From an uncultured Microbacterium sp. (GTDB taxonomy: Bacteria; Actinomycetota; Actinomycetes; Actinomycetales; Microbacteriaceae), in the NCBI GenBank assembly GCA_964533745.1, contig CAZHML010000004.1:3514-67513 (forward strand): a stretch of 64,000 bases of DNA, in the 5' to 3' direction. Position 1 is the first letter of the stretch. Each line of letters opens with the position of its first letter. A model generated the notes under the pieces. That model saw nothing but the letters and a program-made list of their open reading frames with translations, had not been told where the DNA came from and did not search any database. Both the position numbers and the translations under genes were made by a program. Shown here piece by piece: positions 8,452-17,882 of the stretch.

Positions 8452-9780
8452 ATGAACGAGACGCCTCAGCCCGCGCAGCCCATCCAGTACGCCCCGCCCT
8501 CGTGGGACGCGCACCGGCTGCCGGCCACGTTCGGCTCGTCCGCCCAGGCCGCGTCATCCCCGACGCTGCCGCTTTCGCCGATCGCGGACGCCGCACCCGT
8601 CAGAAAGACCAGCACCGGGATGCTGGTGGCCACCGTCCTGGCGGCCGCGCTGTTCGGAGGTGCAGCCGGTATCGGCGGCGGATACCTCGGTGCCTCGCTC
8701 GCGCAGGCTCCGCAGTCAGGCACCATCGCCGGCCCCGGCACCGTGACCGTCAACAACCCCGGCTCGGTCAACGAGACGACGGCGATCGCGGCCAAGGTGC
8801 TCCCCTCGGTCGTGACGATCGAGGTGTCCGGCACGACCGACGCCGGCAGTGGCTCGGGCGTCGTGATCAGCTCGGACGGCTACATCATCACGAACACCCA
8901 TGTCGTCACCCTCGAAGGTGCGGTCGAGGATGCGCGCCTGCGCGTGACCACCTCCGACGGACGCCTCTTCGACGCCACGATCGTCGGCATCGACCCAGTC
9001 TACGACATCGCCGTGATCAAGCTGGATGCGCCGGGCGGCCTTACGCCTATCGAGTTCGCAGACTCCTCGGCGCTCAATGTCGGCGACACGGCCGTCGCGG
9101 TCGGTGCTCCGCTGGGGCTCTCCAACTCGGTCACCGTGGGGATCGTGAGCGCTCTGAACCGCAGCATCTCGATCGCCTCCTCGGCCGTGCCGGACTCGGG
9201 GAACCGTCAGCAGCCCGACGACGACGACGATTCCTTCGGATTCCGCTTCCCCGGTCAGCAGACGAGTAGGACTGCCGAGCGCATCTCGATCGCCGTGATC
9301 CAGACGGATGCCGCGATCAACCCTGGTAACTCCGGTGGCGCGCTGGTCGATAGCGCGGGTCGTCTGATCGGCATCAACGTCGCGATCGCGACGACCGGCA
9401 GCGGCAGCGAGGCGGGTTCGATCGGCCTCGGCTTCGCGATCCCGTCGAACATCGCGCACCGGGTGGCATCGGAGATCATCGAGCACGGCAGCGCGACCCA
9501 TGGCCTGCTCGGTGCGATGGTGCAGTCCGCCTCGGCGGTCGAGGGCACCACAGTGGCCGGCGCTTATATCGCCGAGGTCGTGCCGGGTGGCGTCGCCGAG
9601 GCCGCGGGACTCGCGGCGGGCGACATCGTGACGAATTTCAATGGCGTGCCGATCACGAGCGCGAACGACCTCACCGCGCAGGTGCGGGCGGCTGCGGCGG
9701 GGAGCGTCGCATCCCTCACGTACGTGCGCGGAGGCTTCAGCCGCACGATCGAAGTGACGCTCGGCACCTTGGTGCTGTAG
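8452..9780 (+). CDS. HtrA/S1C serine protease with a PDZ domain
   Basis: AAGGAG RBS; TM anchor; TNTHVV, YDIAV and INPGNSGG triad; C-terminal PDZ. Confidence 0.93.
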   Translation: MNETPQPAQPIQYAPPSWDAHRLPATFGSSAQAASSPTLPLSPIADAAPVRKTSTGMLVATVLAAALFGGAAGIGGGYLGASLAQAPQSGTIAGPGTVTVNNPGSVNETTAIAAKVLPSVVTIEVSGTTDAGSGSGVVISSDGYIITNTHVVTLEGAVEDARLRVTTSDGRLFDATIVGIDPVYDIAVIKLDAPGGLTPIEFADSSALNVGDTAVAVGAPLGLSNSVTVGIVSALNRSISIASSAVPDSGNRQQPDDDDDSFGFRFPGQQTSRTAERISIAVIQTDAAINPGNSGGALVDSAGRLIGINVAIATTGSGSEAGSIGLGFAIPSNIAHRVASEIIEHGSATHGLLGAMVQSASAVEGTTVAGAYIAEVVPGGVAEAAGLAAGDIVTNFNGVPITSANDLTAQVRAAAAGSVASLTYVRGGFSRTIEVTLGTLVL

Positions 9781-9801
9781 TCTCCATCCTTCGTCGATCT
9801 C

Positions 9802-9836
9802 TCGCCCGTCCTTCGCCCGTCCCTCGCCCGTCCCTC
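9802..9836. repeat. 11-bp tandem repeat (TCGCCCGTCCY) x3
   Basis: tcgcccgtcct tcgcccgtccc tcgcccgtccc. Confidence 0.65.
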
Positions 9837-9891
9837 GGACACGCCCGGCGGAGGGCGAGGGATGCCCCCGCTCTCGCGCACAATGGGGGTT

Positions 9892-10449
9892 GTGACATCC
9901 GAGACCGCGACCGTGGGGCACTTCGCGCTACCCATTCCGGATGAGCCCGGCGCAGAGCGGCTCATCGCGCGGTTCCGCAGTCACGGGCGACGGTTGTTCT
10001 GGCCGGCGCTGATCCTCATCGGTGCTGCCGGGGCGACGGCGTACTTCTTCGGCAACCTCCCGGCACCCTTCGAGGACTGGATGCTGCTCGCCGCGGCAGC
10101 GCTCGTCATTCTGCTGGGCGCGGTCGTCCCGTATCTTGTCTGGCTTTCGCGCACCTATGCCATCACGACACAGCGGGTCATCGTCTCGCGCGGGCTCGGC
10201 GCTCGCCATCGCAGCGAGCTCTCGCATTCGCGCGGATATACGATCGCGGTGCGGCGAGGGCCTCTGCAGAGGATCTGGGGAACGGGCACGATCACGCTCT
10301 CGGACGGCCGCGGACGGGCACTGCGACTGCAGAACGTGCCGAACGCCGTGCTCGTGCACGAGACGCTCGCGGATCAGATCGAGATCGGGCAGATCCTCGC
10401 GCATCGCGACGCGCGGGCACTGAGCTTCGACACCGGCGAGCAGCCCTGA
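9892..10449 (+). CDS. Bacterial PH-domain (bPH_2) membrane protein
   Basis: Two TM helices, YAITTQRVIV, LQRIWGTGTI. Start uncertain (9862, 9883 or 9892). Confidence 0.8.
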   Translation: MTSETATVGHFALPIPDEPGAERLIARFRSHGRRLFWPALILIGAAGATAYFFGNLPAPFEDWMLLAAAALVILLGAVVPYLVWLSRTYAITTQRVIVSRGLGARHRSELSHSRGYTIAVRRGPLQRIWGTGTITLSDGRGRALRLQNVPNAVLVHETLADQIEIGQILAHRDARALSFDTGEQP

Positions 10450-10525
10450 GCGTGCGCTGACGCGCGGGCGGGGAACGGTTGCCCGCGCCGGTACGGAAGA
10501 ATGGTGCCGTGGACAGGAGCGCGAG

Positions 10526-11650
10526 ATGACTCTGCGGATCGGCGTCGTCGGCGGCGGGCAGCTGGCACGCATGATGATCGCGCCGGCGGTGGAACTCGGG
10601 ATCGAGCTGTGCGTGCTCGCCGAAGAGCAGGGGATGTCGGCGACGCTCGCCGCGCGCGAAGTCGGCGATTACCGCGACCTCGAGACGGTGCTCCGCTTTG
10701 CGCAAGGTGTCGATGTGCTGACCTTCGATCACGAGCACGTGCCGCAGCAGGTGCTGACGGCTCTCGTTGCCGAGGGAGTGGCGGTGCATCCGGGGCCGGA
10801 GGCTCTGCGCTTTGCGCAGGACAAGCTCGCGATGCGCGCGCGCCTGGCGGAGCTCGGCATCCCGCAGCCGGACTGGGCGGCGGTGCGGACGGTCGCGGAA
10901 CTCGAGGTCTTTCTCGCCGACCACGGCGGCCGGGCGGTGGTGAAGACGCCGCGCGGGGGATACGACGGCAAGGGCGTACGGGTTTTGTCGGACGCTGCCG
11001 AGGTCGCCGACTGGCTGGGGGCGCTCGCGGGGGATGAGGCACTGCTCGCCGAGGAACTCGTCGTCTTCACGAGGGAGCTCGCGCAACAGGTGGCGCGGAG
11101 CCCGAGTGGCCAGATCGTGGCCTACCCCGTGGTCGAGACGGTGCAGATCGACGGGGTCTGCGCGGAGGTCTTTGCCCCCGCGCCGCGTACGACGGTGCGG
11201 TTCGCCGAGGCCGCCGAGACGATCGGGCGGCGGATCGCCGAGGGGCTGGGCGTCACCGGGATGCTCGCGGTGGAGCTCTTCGAGACGGAGGATGCGCGCA
11301 TCCTCGTCAACGAGCTCGCCATGCGTCCGCACAACAGCGGGCACTGGAGCCAGGACGGCGCGGTGACCTCGCAGTTCGAGCAGCATCTGCGTGCGGTCGC
11401 GGACCTGCCGCTGGGGGATCCCGCTCCGCGGGCGGCGTGGACGGTGATGATCAACATCCTGGGCGGCCCGCAGGGAGCGGACATCGACGCGTGCTTTGCG
11501 GCGGCGATGCAGAAGCACCCCGCCGCGAAGATTCACACCTACGGCAAGGCTCCGCGTCCGGGCCGCAAGGTCGGGCATGTCAACGTCGTCGGCGACGACC
11601 TCGACGAGGCGGTCTATCAGGCTCGGGCGGCGGCTGCGCACTTCGCGTGA
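10526..11650 (+). CDS. purK: N5-carboxyaminoimidazole ribonucleotide synthase
   Basis: GGGQLARM, GGYDGKG, NELAMRPHNSGH, RKVGH. Confidence 0.96.
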   Translation: MTLRIGVVGGGQLARMMIAPAVELGIELCVLAEEQGMSATLAAREVGDYRDLETVLRFAQGVDVLTFDHEHVPQQVLTALVAEGVAVHPGPEALRFAQDKLAMRARLAELGIPQPDWAAVRTVAELEVFLADHGGRAVVKTPRGGYDGKGVRVLSDAAEVADWLGALAGDEALLAEELVVFTRELAQQVARSPSGQIVAYPVVETVQIDGVCAEVFAPAPRTTVRFAEAAETIGRRIAEGLGVTGMLAVELFETEDARILVNELAMRPHNSGHWSQDGAVTSQFEQHLRAVADLPLGDPAPRAAWTVMINILGGPQGADIDACFAAAMQKHPAAKIHTYGKAPRPGRKVGHVNVVGDDLDEAVYQARAAAAHFA

Positions 11651-11733
11651 GGCGGAGGGGACGCCCTTCGGATATCGGGCGGCCGCCGGACACGACAGCG
11701 CACGCCGGGCGATTGCCGACATCGCATCTCAGC

Positions 11734-11798
11734 CGAACACCCCTCACTCGAACACCCCTCACTCGAACACCCCTCACTCGAACACCCCTCACTCGAAC
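11734..11798. repeat. Perfect 15-bp tandem repeat CGAACACCCCTCACT x4 plus a partial copy
   Basis: Copies start at 11734, 11749, 11764 and 11779. The last copy holds the HNH gene stop codon. Confidence 0.92.
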
Positions 11799-13168
11799 GT
11801 CACCCGCGGCGGCGGCCGGTCGGTGTAGACCCGCCCCGTCGGGCTCGTCCACTCCAGAACTCCGGCGTCGAGTTGGCGCACCCGCCACCGATGTCGCTCC
11901 GGAACGTCGGGATGCTTCAGCGAGTGATGGCCTCCGCAGAGATGGGCGAGGTTTCCGATCGCGGTCGGTCCGCCGCGCGCGTGGTCGTGGCTGTGGTCGA
12001 TGTCGGCATGGATCGCCGCGCGGCGGCATCCGGGGAAGCGGCAGCGTTCGTCGCGAGCGCGCAGGTGTCGACGCATCGCGGAGGTCGGGCGGTAGCGGTC
12101 GGTGCGGGTGACCATGTCGGTGACGGGATCGAGGAAGAGACGGTCCCATCCGGTGGCGAGCCTGGCGAGGTCGCGGATGAGTTCGGGGTCGATCGCGCCG
12201 TAGCCGCTGAGCTCCGCTCCGTGATCGGTCGTGCCGGCGAGCGTGCGCACGGGGATCGTCACCTGTACGTGCGCCTGGATCGCTTCAACGCCGGTGCGAT
12301 CGATCGATGCCGGATCGGCGGTCAGCAGGATGTCGGAGAAGATGTCGGCGCGCAGCTGGTCGATCGTGCGGGGGTCGTGCTCGGCCCCCGCCGCGTCAGT
12401 GACGCCTGAGACGCCGCCCGCCCCGCCCGAAGCGCCCGTGCCGACAGCGCGCCCAGCACTCCTCGTATCGGCCTTCGCAAGGCCTGCGGCATCCACCCCT
12501 GACGCCGCTCCGCCCCCGCTCTTCGCCACCCGCGCGATCTGGGTCAGCCGGTCGTAGCAGGCGTGGGCGAGCACCGCAGGGAGCGTCGCGATCAGATCAC
12601 TCATCCCATCGTCGAGATCGACGAGGCGCACACCTCGGCGCTCGCGCGCCGCGACATGATCAGCGTGGATGTCGCGGGGGAACAGCGCCGCGCTGAGCGA
12701 GCGGGCGAAGGGCCGCACCCGGGCGGCGGTCTCGCAGCGCGCCCGTTCCAGAACGCGCCGCTCGTACTCGGCGACGACCGGGGCGTCCGCGCCGACGGGG
12801 ATCTCGGCATTCAGGATCGCGCGTGCGTGGTGCAGAGAGATATCGCCCGCGGCCAGTGCCTCGTGCGTCTGGGGGAAGCTGTGCACGAGATAGTGAGCTT
12901 CGTGGGCCATCGACTCGACGGTGCGATGCGGGATCCGCCCCGCGGTGGCGAACTCGGCGATCACCGAGCGCAACGGGATCTCGCGCTCGGCCGACATGCC
13001 CCGTAGTGTCGCCATCTCGGCGAAGGCGAGGTCCATCCCCGCCGCCAGCAGCTCTGCGGCCTTGGCTTCATGTCGACTGATCTTTTTGCGCACGCGCACC
13101 CACTCGGCGACGATCGCGTCCAGTTCGGCCTGATGCGCATCGGCTGCGAGGGCTGCGGGGGTGGTCAT
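11789..13168 (-). CDS. DUF222 / HNH endonuclease-signature protein (13E12-repeat-like)
   Basis: DPRTIDQLRAD, RDERCRFPGC, DIDHSHD..GGPT..NLAHLCGGHH, WTSPTGRVY. Confidence 0.92.
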   Translation of the reverse strand: MTTPAALAADAHQAELDAIVAEWVRVRKKISRHEAKAAELLAAGMDLAFAEMATLRGMSAEREIPLRSVIAEFATAGRIPHRTVESMAHEAHYLVHSFPQTHEALAAGDISLHHARAILNAEIPVGADAPVVAEYERRVLERARCETAARVRPFARSLSAALFPRDIHADHVAARERRGVRLVDLDDGMSDLIATLPAVLAHACYDRLTQIARVAKSGGGAASGVDAAGLAKADTRSAGRAVGTGASGGAGGVSGVTDAAGAEHDPRTIDQLRADIFSDILLTADPASIDRTGVEAIQAHVQVTIPVRTLAGTTDHGAELSGYGAIDPELIRDLARLATGWDRLFLDPVTDMVTRTDRYRPTSAMRRHLRARDERCRFPGCRRAAIHADIDHSHDHARGGPTAIGNLAHLCGGHHSLKHPDVPERHRWRVRQLDAGVLEWTSPTGRVYTDRPPPRVTFE

Positions 13169-13190
13169 GACTCAAGCCTGCCACGTTCGC

Positions 13191-13206
13191 TCGAACAAAT
13201 CTACGA
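13191..13206. promoter_or_regulatory. Imperfect LexA (SOS) box upstream of the HNH gene
   Basis: TCGAAC-AAAT-CTACGA versus the actinobacterial consensus TCGAAC-N4-GTTCGA (2 mismatches), 22 nt upstream of the ATG. Confidence 0.6.
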
Positions 13207-13223
13207 ATCTAATAAGTCCGTTT

Positions 13224-13527
13224 TCAGCAGGGCTGTGTAGAGAGAGTTACGGTCAGAGAATGAAACCGCGGTCGGCGGGATCGTGCTCTATCCGAGGCCT
13301 CGGGCGGCTGCAGGCCGAGACCTCGGTGCAGCTCCAGCCCCAGGGTGGCGAGTTCCTCGTCGCCCTGTTCCATCCAGATCGTGTCCGCACAGCATGCCGA
13401 GGTGAGCGCCCGACCCGTCGGTGCGGAGGAAGTCGAGGTCGACGGGCGGGTCGGTTCCGATCCACGCGGACAAACCCTCGACGACGTCCGAGAGGCGCTC
13501 GACGCGATCGATGAGAGCATCCAGCAT
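13224..13527 (-). pseudogene. Probable frameshifted gene remnant at the left island edge
   Basis: Protein-like MLDALIDRVERLSDVVEGLSAWIG... continues in another frame as ...TIWMEQGDEELATLGLELHRGLG. Confidence 0.35.
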
Positions 13528-13528
13528 G

Positions 13529-14035
13529 TCAGCGGCGTCCGTAGTCGGCGGCTGCCCGGGATTCTGCAGCCACATCGGCCTTATACCGGCATTCGTCACA
13601 TGTTCCGGGCAGTGATGAAGCGCCGATACGGATGACGAAGTTGTGTAGTGCCCTTGCTCGGTCGGCAGCTTCGTTGAGGAGGTCGATCGGCGCATCGATG
13701 ATGGCCCCGCAGTGCTCGCAGAAGAGATGCTCATGATGTAACGCGCTGAGGTAGTAGCGGACTACACCGTCGCCTAGCTGTGAGCGCTCTACGATGCCGT
13801 GAGCAACCAGCCGGTCCAGAGTGCGATAGACCGTGGACTCGGTGACTGGCGCGTTCTCGCTCAGCTGTTGAATGAACTCGCTCGGAGCGAGATGCTGATG
13901 TGACTGGTTCACTAGGGTCTCGACCACTCGGCGAGTCATCGGGGTGATGCGTCCACCCCGGCGATTGATACGTTGGAGAATACTATCAATCCGGGTTTCT
14001 GGTGACTCGGATGAGTCTGCGGTTTCGAAGCTCAT
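13529..14035 (-). CDS. Fur family metalloregulator (Nur-like)
   Basis: STVYRTL, HHEHLFCEHC and C-terminal CDEC; divergent from a metal/peptide ABC operon. Confidence 0.9.
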   Translation of the reverse strand: MSFETADSSESPETRIDSILQRINRRGGRITPMTRRVVETLVNQSHQHLAPSEFIQQLSENAPVTESTVYRTLDRLVAHGIVERSQLGDGVVRYYLSALHHEHLFCEHCGAIIDAPIDLLNEAADRARALHNFVIRIGASSLPGTCDECRYKADVAAESRAAADYGRR

Positions 14036-14313
14036 TGTGTGTACCCTTCAGGGACCAGCCGAGACCAATGCCACTTGAGCCTCAGCTGATCGTGACGCTT
14101 GCGCCGCCTTAAAGCCTATCCCTCGGGCTGTCATTCGTTCCTCCCCGGCGATCACGGGAGCATTCTGTGCATACTTCGATCCACTGACCGCCGATCGCGC
14201 GTGTCACAGATGGTGGCAAGCCTAATGGGTTCCCGAGTGGGGCTGGGCGCATGCACCTTGAACTCATGCATTGTGGATTCGGTGTCCCCGCGGACGGCAT
14301 CCTTTGATTGCTA

Positions 14314-14357
14314 TTGCGAGCAGGTTGCATCTGGATGCTAATGCGAGTACTTTGCGA
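14314..14357. promoter_or_regulatory. Two tandem Fur/Nur-type boxes
   Basis: TTGCGA-GCAGG-TTGCAT (14314-14330) and ATGCGA-GTACT-TTGCGA (14341-14357), 27 bp apart, just upstream of the SBP start. Confidence 0.6.
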
Positions 14358-14390
14358 TTAGGTTCATACCTCCAATCGGGAAGGAATCTC

Positions 14391-15995
14391 ATGCAAACCC
14401 ACAGGGTCACGGGCACTTTCGTAGCAGTGATAGTGCTTCTGCTGGCGGGTTGCAGCGTATCCGATCTGGATGGGCCTAGCGCAGCCGAGAGACCGAAGGC
14501 GCTCACGCTCGCGATCGGTGGTGAGCCGGATGACGGCTATGACCCCACTCTTGGCTGGGGGCGCTACGGCTCTCCGCTGTTTCAATCGACCCTGCTCACA
14601 GTTGATGCCGATATGGAAATCTCATACGATCTGGCGACCGGGTATGACGTCAGCGATGATGGCCTGGTCTGGACGATCACCATTCGCGATGACGCTCTGT
14701 TCTCGGACGGTGCTCCGGTGACTGCGCAAGATGTCGCCTACACCTTTCTGACCGCAGCCACGAGCCCGGGACTCACCGACATCAGCTTTCTTGCGGACGC
14801 CACGGTGGTAGATGACCGGACGTTGATCATGACATTGAAGGAGCCTCGCAGCACCTTTCTCTACCGACTAGCGAGCCTCGGCATCGTTCCTGCTCATGCG
14901 CATGACGCGGGATACGCACGAAATCCGATAGGGTCCGGTCCCTTCGTCCTGCTCCAGTGGGACAGGGGGCAGCAGCTCATCGTCGAGAGGAACGAGCTCT
15001 ACTACGGGCAGAAGCCGGAGTTCGAGCGAATCGTCTTCCTCTTCGGCGGGGAGGACAACATGCTCGCGGCGACACGGTCCGGACAGGCTCATCTATCCTC
15101 CGTGTCCGCGGCGCTGGTGAGCGGGGACATCCGCGGATATGAACTCGTGTCGGTCCCATCGATAGACAATCGAGGCGTCATGTTCCCCTATGTGCCGGAC
15201 GACGGACGTCGCGACGACAAAGGCAATCCGATCGGGAACGATGTGACTTCTGATCGTGCGATCCGTCAAGCGATCAACTATGCCGCGGATCGAGCCAGTC
15301 TCGTCGAGGGCATTCTGAATGGGTATGGGACGCCGGCCACGGGCCCGGTGGATGGGGCTCCCTGGTCTGAGCCCGCGTCGGCGATCGCCGACGCCGATCC
15401 AGAGCGGGCCGAGAGCATCCTCGACTCGGCGGGGTGGACCGATAGTGATGGCGACGGCGTGCGCGAGAAGGAGGGGATACAGGCGCAGTTCACGCTGCTG
15501 TATCCTGCAGGCGATACCCTGCGTCAGGGTCTGGCTCTTGCGCTGGCGGATCAGGTCGCATCCGTAGGGATTCGGATCAACGCGCGCAGCGCGAGTTGGG
15601 AGGAGATAGGCAGGCGGCTGCATGCCGATGCGGTGCTTTTCGGCTGGGGATCGCAAGACCCCACCGAGATGTACAACCTGTACAGTTCGCGGTATGCAGG
15701 TGTAGAGCTTTGGAATCCCGGATACTACGAGAACACGATCGTTGACGAGCACTTGGATTCCGCTATGTCGGGGCGCAGTCCCGAAGAGGTCAGGGCTCAT
15801 TGGCGTGCCGCGCAGTTGGATGAGAACGGGAACGGGTTCTCCGCTTCGGCGGATGCGGCGTGGGCATGGCTCGTGAACCTCGACCACGTCTACTACGTCT
15901 CGGATTGCCTAGATCTTGGGAAAATCCAGCGGGAGCCGCACGGCCACGGATGGCCGATAACCGCGGGGATCTCGCAGTGGACCTGGACCTGCTGA
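14391..15995 (+). CDS. NikA/OppA-family ABC substrate-binding lipoprotein
   Basis: LLAGC lipobox, FSDGAPVTAQDVAYT, PIGSGPF, C-terminal EPHGHGWP. Confidence 0.9.
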   Translation: MQTHRVTGTFVAVIVLLLAGCSVSDLDGPSAAERPKALTLAIGGEPDDGYDPTLGWGRYGSPLFQSTLLTVDADMEISYDLATGYDVSDDGLVWTITIRDDALFSDGAPVTAQDVAYTFLTAATSPGLTDISFLADATVVDDRTLIMTLKEPRSTFLYRLASLGIVPAHAHDAGYARNPIGSGPFVLLQWDRGQQLIVERNELYYGQKPEFERIVFLFGGEDNMLAATRSGQAHLSSVSAALVSGDIRGYELVSVPSIDNRGVMFPYVPDDGRRDDKGNPIGNDVTSDRAIRQAINYAADRASLVEGILNGYGTPATGPVDGAPWSEPASAIADADPERAESILDSAGWTDSDGDGVREKEGIQAQFTLLYPAGDTLRQGLALALADQVASVGIRINARSASWEEIGRRLHADAVLFGWGSQDPTEMYNLYSSRYAGVELWNPGYYENTIVDEHLDSAMSGRSPEEVRAHWRAAQLDENGNGFSASADAAWAWLVNLDHVYYVSDCLDLGKIQREPHGHGWPITAGISQWTWTC

Positions 15996-16005
15996 TCGTC
16001 CGCAG

Positions 16006-17037
16006 ATGAGCACGGTTGCTCACGGCGTGAGATCTCGAAGACCGGGGGATCCCTGGTTGTGGGGACGCTTCCTCGTGCGGCGCACCATACGACTGGGAGT
16101 GCTCTTGTGTGCTGTGGCGATCGCTTCGTTCTCGTTGATGATCGCCTCGCCTGTCGATCCGATCCAGGCATACATCGATGCCGAAGCAGCCATGATCGGT
16201 CCGGAGCATCGTGCGAGAATCGAGAGCGCATGGGGTCTGAACGACCCGCCGATCGAGCGATTCGCCCATTGGGCGGCAGGGCTTCTTCGTGGCGATCTCG
16301 GATACTCAATCGTCTACAACCAGCCTGTCTCCGAGGTCATTGGCGAGAGGTTTCCGACCAGTTTCGTGCTGATGATCTCGGCGTGGGCGATCTCCGTCCC
16401 GCTGGGCTTCTCGATGGGTGTTCTCGCGGGGTTCTTCCGCGGTCGGCGGGCCGACCGCGTGATCACCTGGTGGGCATACACGCTGGCCTCCACGCCCACG
16501 TTCTGGGTAGGTCTGCTCCTTCTTTATGGCTTCTCGGTCTCGCTCCAATGGACGCCGATCTGCTGCTCTGTCCCGGTGGGCTCGCTCGCGGCGGAGGTCA
16601 CGCTTCTGGAACGTCTGCATCACCTGATCCTGCCGGCGCTGACGTTGAGCTTGGTCGGTGTCGCCCCGATGACCCTGCATACCCGGCAGGCGGTGATCGA
16701 AGTATTGGAGAGTGACTATCTCGCCTTTGCCCGAGCCCAGGGGGAGTCCGGCTGGGGATTGGTACGACATCGAATTCTCCGCAACGCGAGCGCGCCCGCG
16801 ATAATGCTCGCCTTCGCGTCGTTCGGGGAGCTCTTCGGCGGCTCCATCCTCGTGGAGCACGTGTTCTCCTATCCGGGTCTCGGCGAAGCCACGACCATTG
16901 CGGCCCTGCGGCAGGATGTTCCGCTCCTTCTCGGCCTCGCCCTGTTCACGGCGGTGTTTGTCTTTGTCGGGAACATGCTGGGCGATATAGCGCACCACGT
17001 CACAGACCCGAGAGTCGGCCTAGGAGGCAAGCGATGA
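16006..17037 (+). CDS. ABC permease (NikB/OppB-like)
   Basis: LRGDLGYS, FARAQG, VEHVFSYPGLG. Confidence 0.92.
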   Translation: MSTVAHGVRSRRPGDPWLWGRFLVRRTIRLGVLLCAVAIASFSLMIASPVDPIQAYIDAEAAMIGPEHRARIESAWGLNDPPIERFAHWAAGLLRGDLGYSIVYNQPVSEVIGERFPTSFVLMISAWAISVPLGFSMGVLAGFFRGRRADRVITWWAYTLASTPTFWVGLLLLYGFSVSLQWTPICCSVPVGSLAAEVTLLERLHHLILPALTLSLVGVAPMTLHTRQAVIEVLESDYLAFARAQGESGWGLVRHRILRNASAPAIMLAFASFGELFGGSILVEHVFSYPGLGEATTIAALRQDVPLLLGLALFTAVFVFVGNMLGDIAHHVTDPRVGLGGKR

Positions 17038-17882
17038 CCTCCACGGCCCAGGCACCGATCCGGTTGCGTGACAACAGGCGTACGCGCACCCTCCTGCTCC
17101 TCGTCCTTGCGGGGGCGGTATTGATCGTGGTGCTGATTGCCGGCCACCTTGCTCTACCTCTTTCGCAGAAGACGAATCTCCATGCGGTGAATCAGGCACC
17201 GTCGTGGGAGCATCTCTTCGGCACCGATCGCCTGGGTCGCGACGTTTTCGCGCGGACGCTGGTCGGTTTGCGGTTGAGCCTGCTCATCGGCACGGTCGCG
17301 GCACTCGCCTCAGCGGGGATCGCGATGCTGTTGGCCGCCGCTGCGGCCGGCGGGATCCGGACCGACGCCGTTGTGAGCTGGCTCGTGGACCTGTTCCTCG
17401 CGCTCCCGCATTTGGTGCTCCTGATTCTGCTGTCGTTCGCGATGGGAGGGGGCACGCTCGCGGTGATCATCGCCGTCTCGCTCACCCACTGGCCGACATT
17501 GACACGGGTGCTTCAAGCCCAAGCGCGAGTGGTGACGAACTCCGAGTACATGATGACCTCGCGGATGCTCGGCACGACGAGATGGCGGCGTGCTCGACGA
17601 CATCTGGTGCCTCACCTCTTCCCCCATTTTGCGGTCGGCACTGTGCTGCTTTTTCCCCATGCCATCCTTCACGAGGCGGCACTGTCGTTTCTGGGACTCG
17701 GGGTCGATGCCTCGCAGCCCGCGATCGGCATCCTTCTATCGGAGTCCATGCGGGCGCTCTCCGCGGGCATCTGGTGGCCCGCACTGCTTCCCGGTGTCTG
17801 TCTGGTCATCTTGGTCAAGGTGGTCGACTCGATCGGCGAGAGCCTGCGAGTGCTCATGGACCCGAGGAGCTACCACCAATGA
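17034..17882 (+). CDS. ABC permease (NikC/OppC-like)
   Basis: HLFGTDRLGRD, EAALSFLGLG. Confidence 0.92.
   Translation: MTSTAQAPIRLRDNRRTRTLLLLVLAGAVLIVVLIAGHLALPLSQKTNLHAVNQAPSWEHLFGTDRLGRDVFARTLVGLRLSLLIGTVAALASAGIAMLLAAAAAGGIRTDAVVSWLVDLFLALPHLVLLILLSFAMGGGTLAVIIAVSLTHWPTLTRVLQAQARVVTNSEYMMTSRMLGTTRWRRARRHLVPHLFPHFAVGTVLLFPHAILHEAALSFLGLGVDASQPAIGILLSESMRALSAGIWWPALLPGVCLVILVKVVDSIGESLRVLMDPRSYHQ

Noticed and set aside
11734-11798. CRISPR array
   Set aside because: The units are 15 bp and head-to-tail with no spacers, and there are no cas genes in the window.
17204-17878. N-terminal extension of the ABC ATPase (502-aa ORF)
   Set aside because: It overlaps the permease out of frame; the ATGA-coupled start at 17879 gives a normal-sized ATPase.
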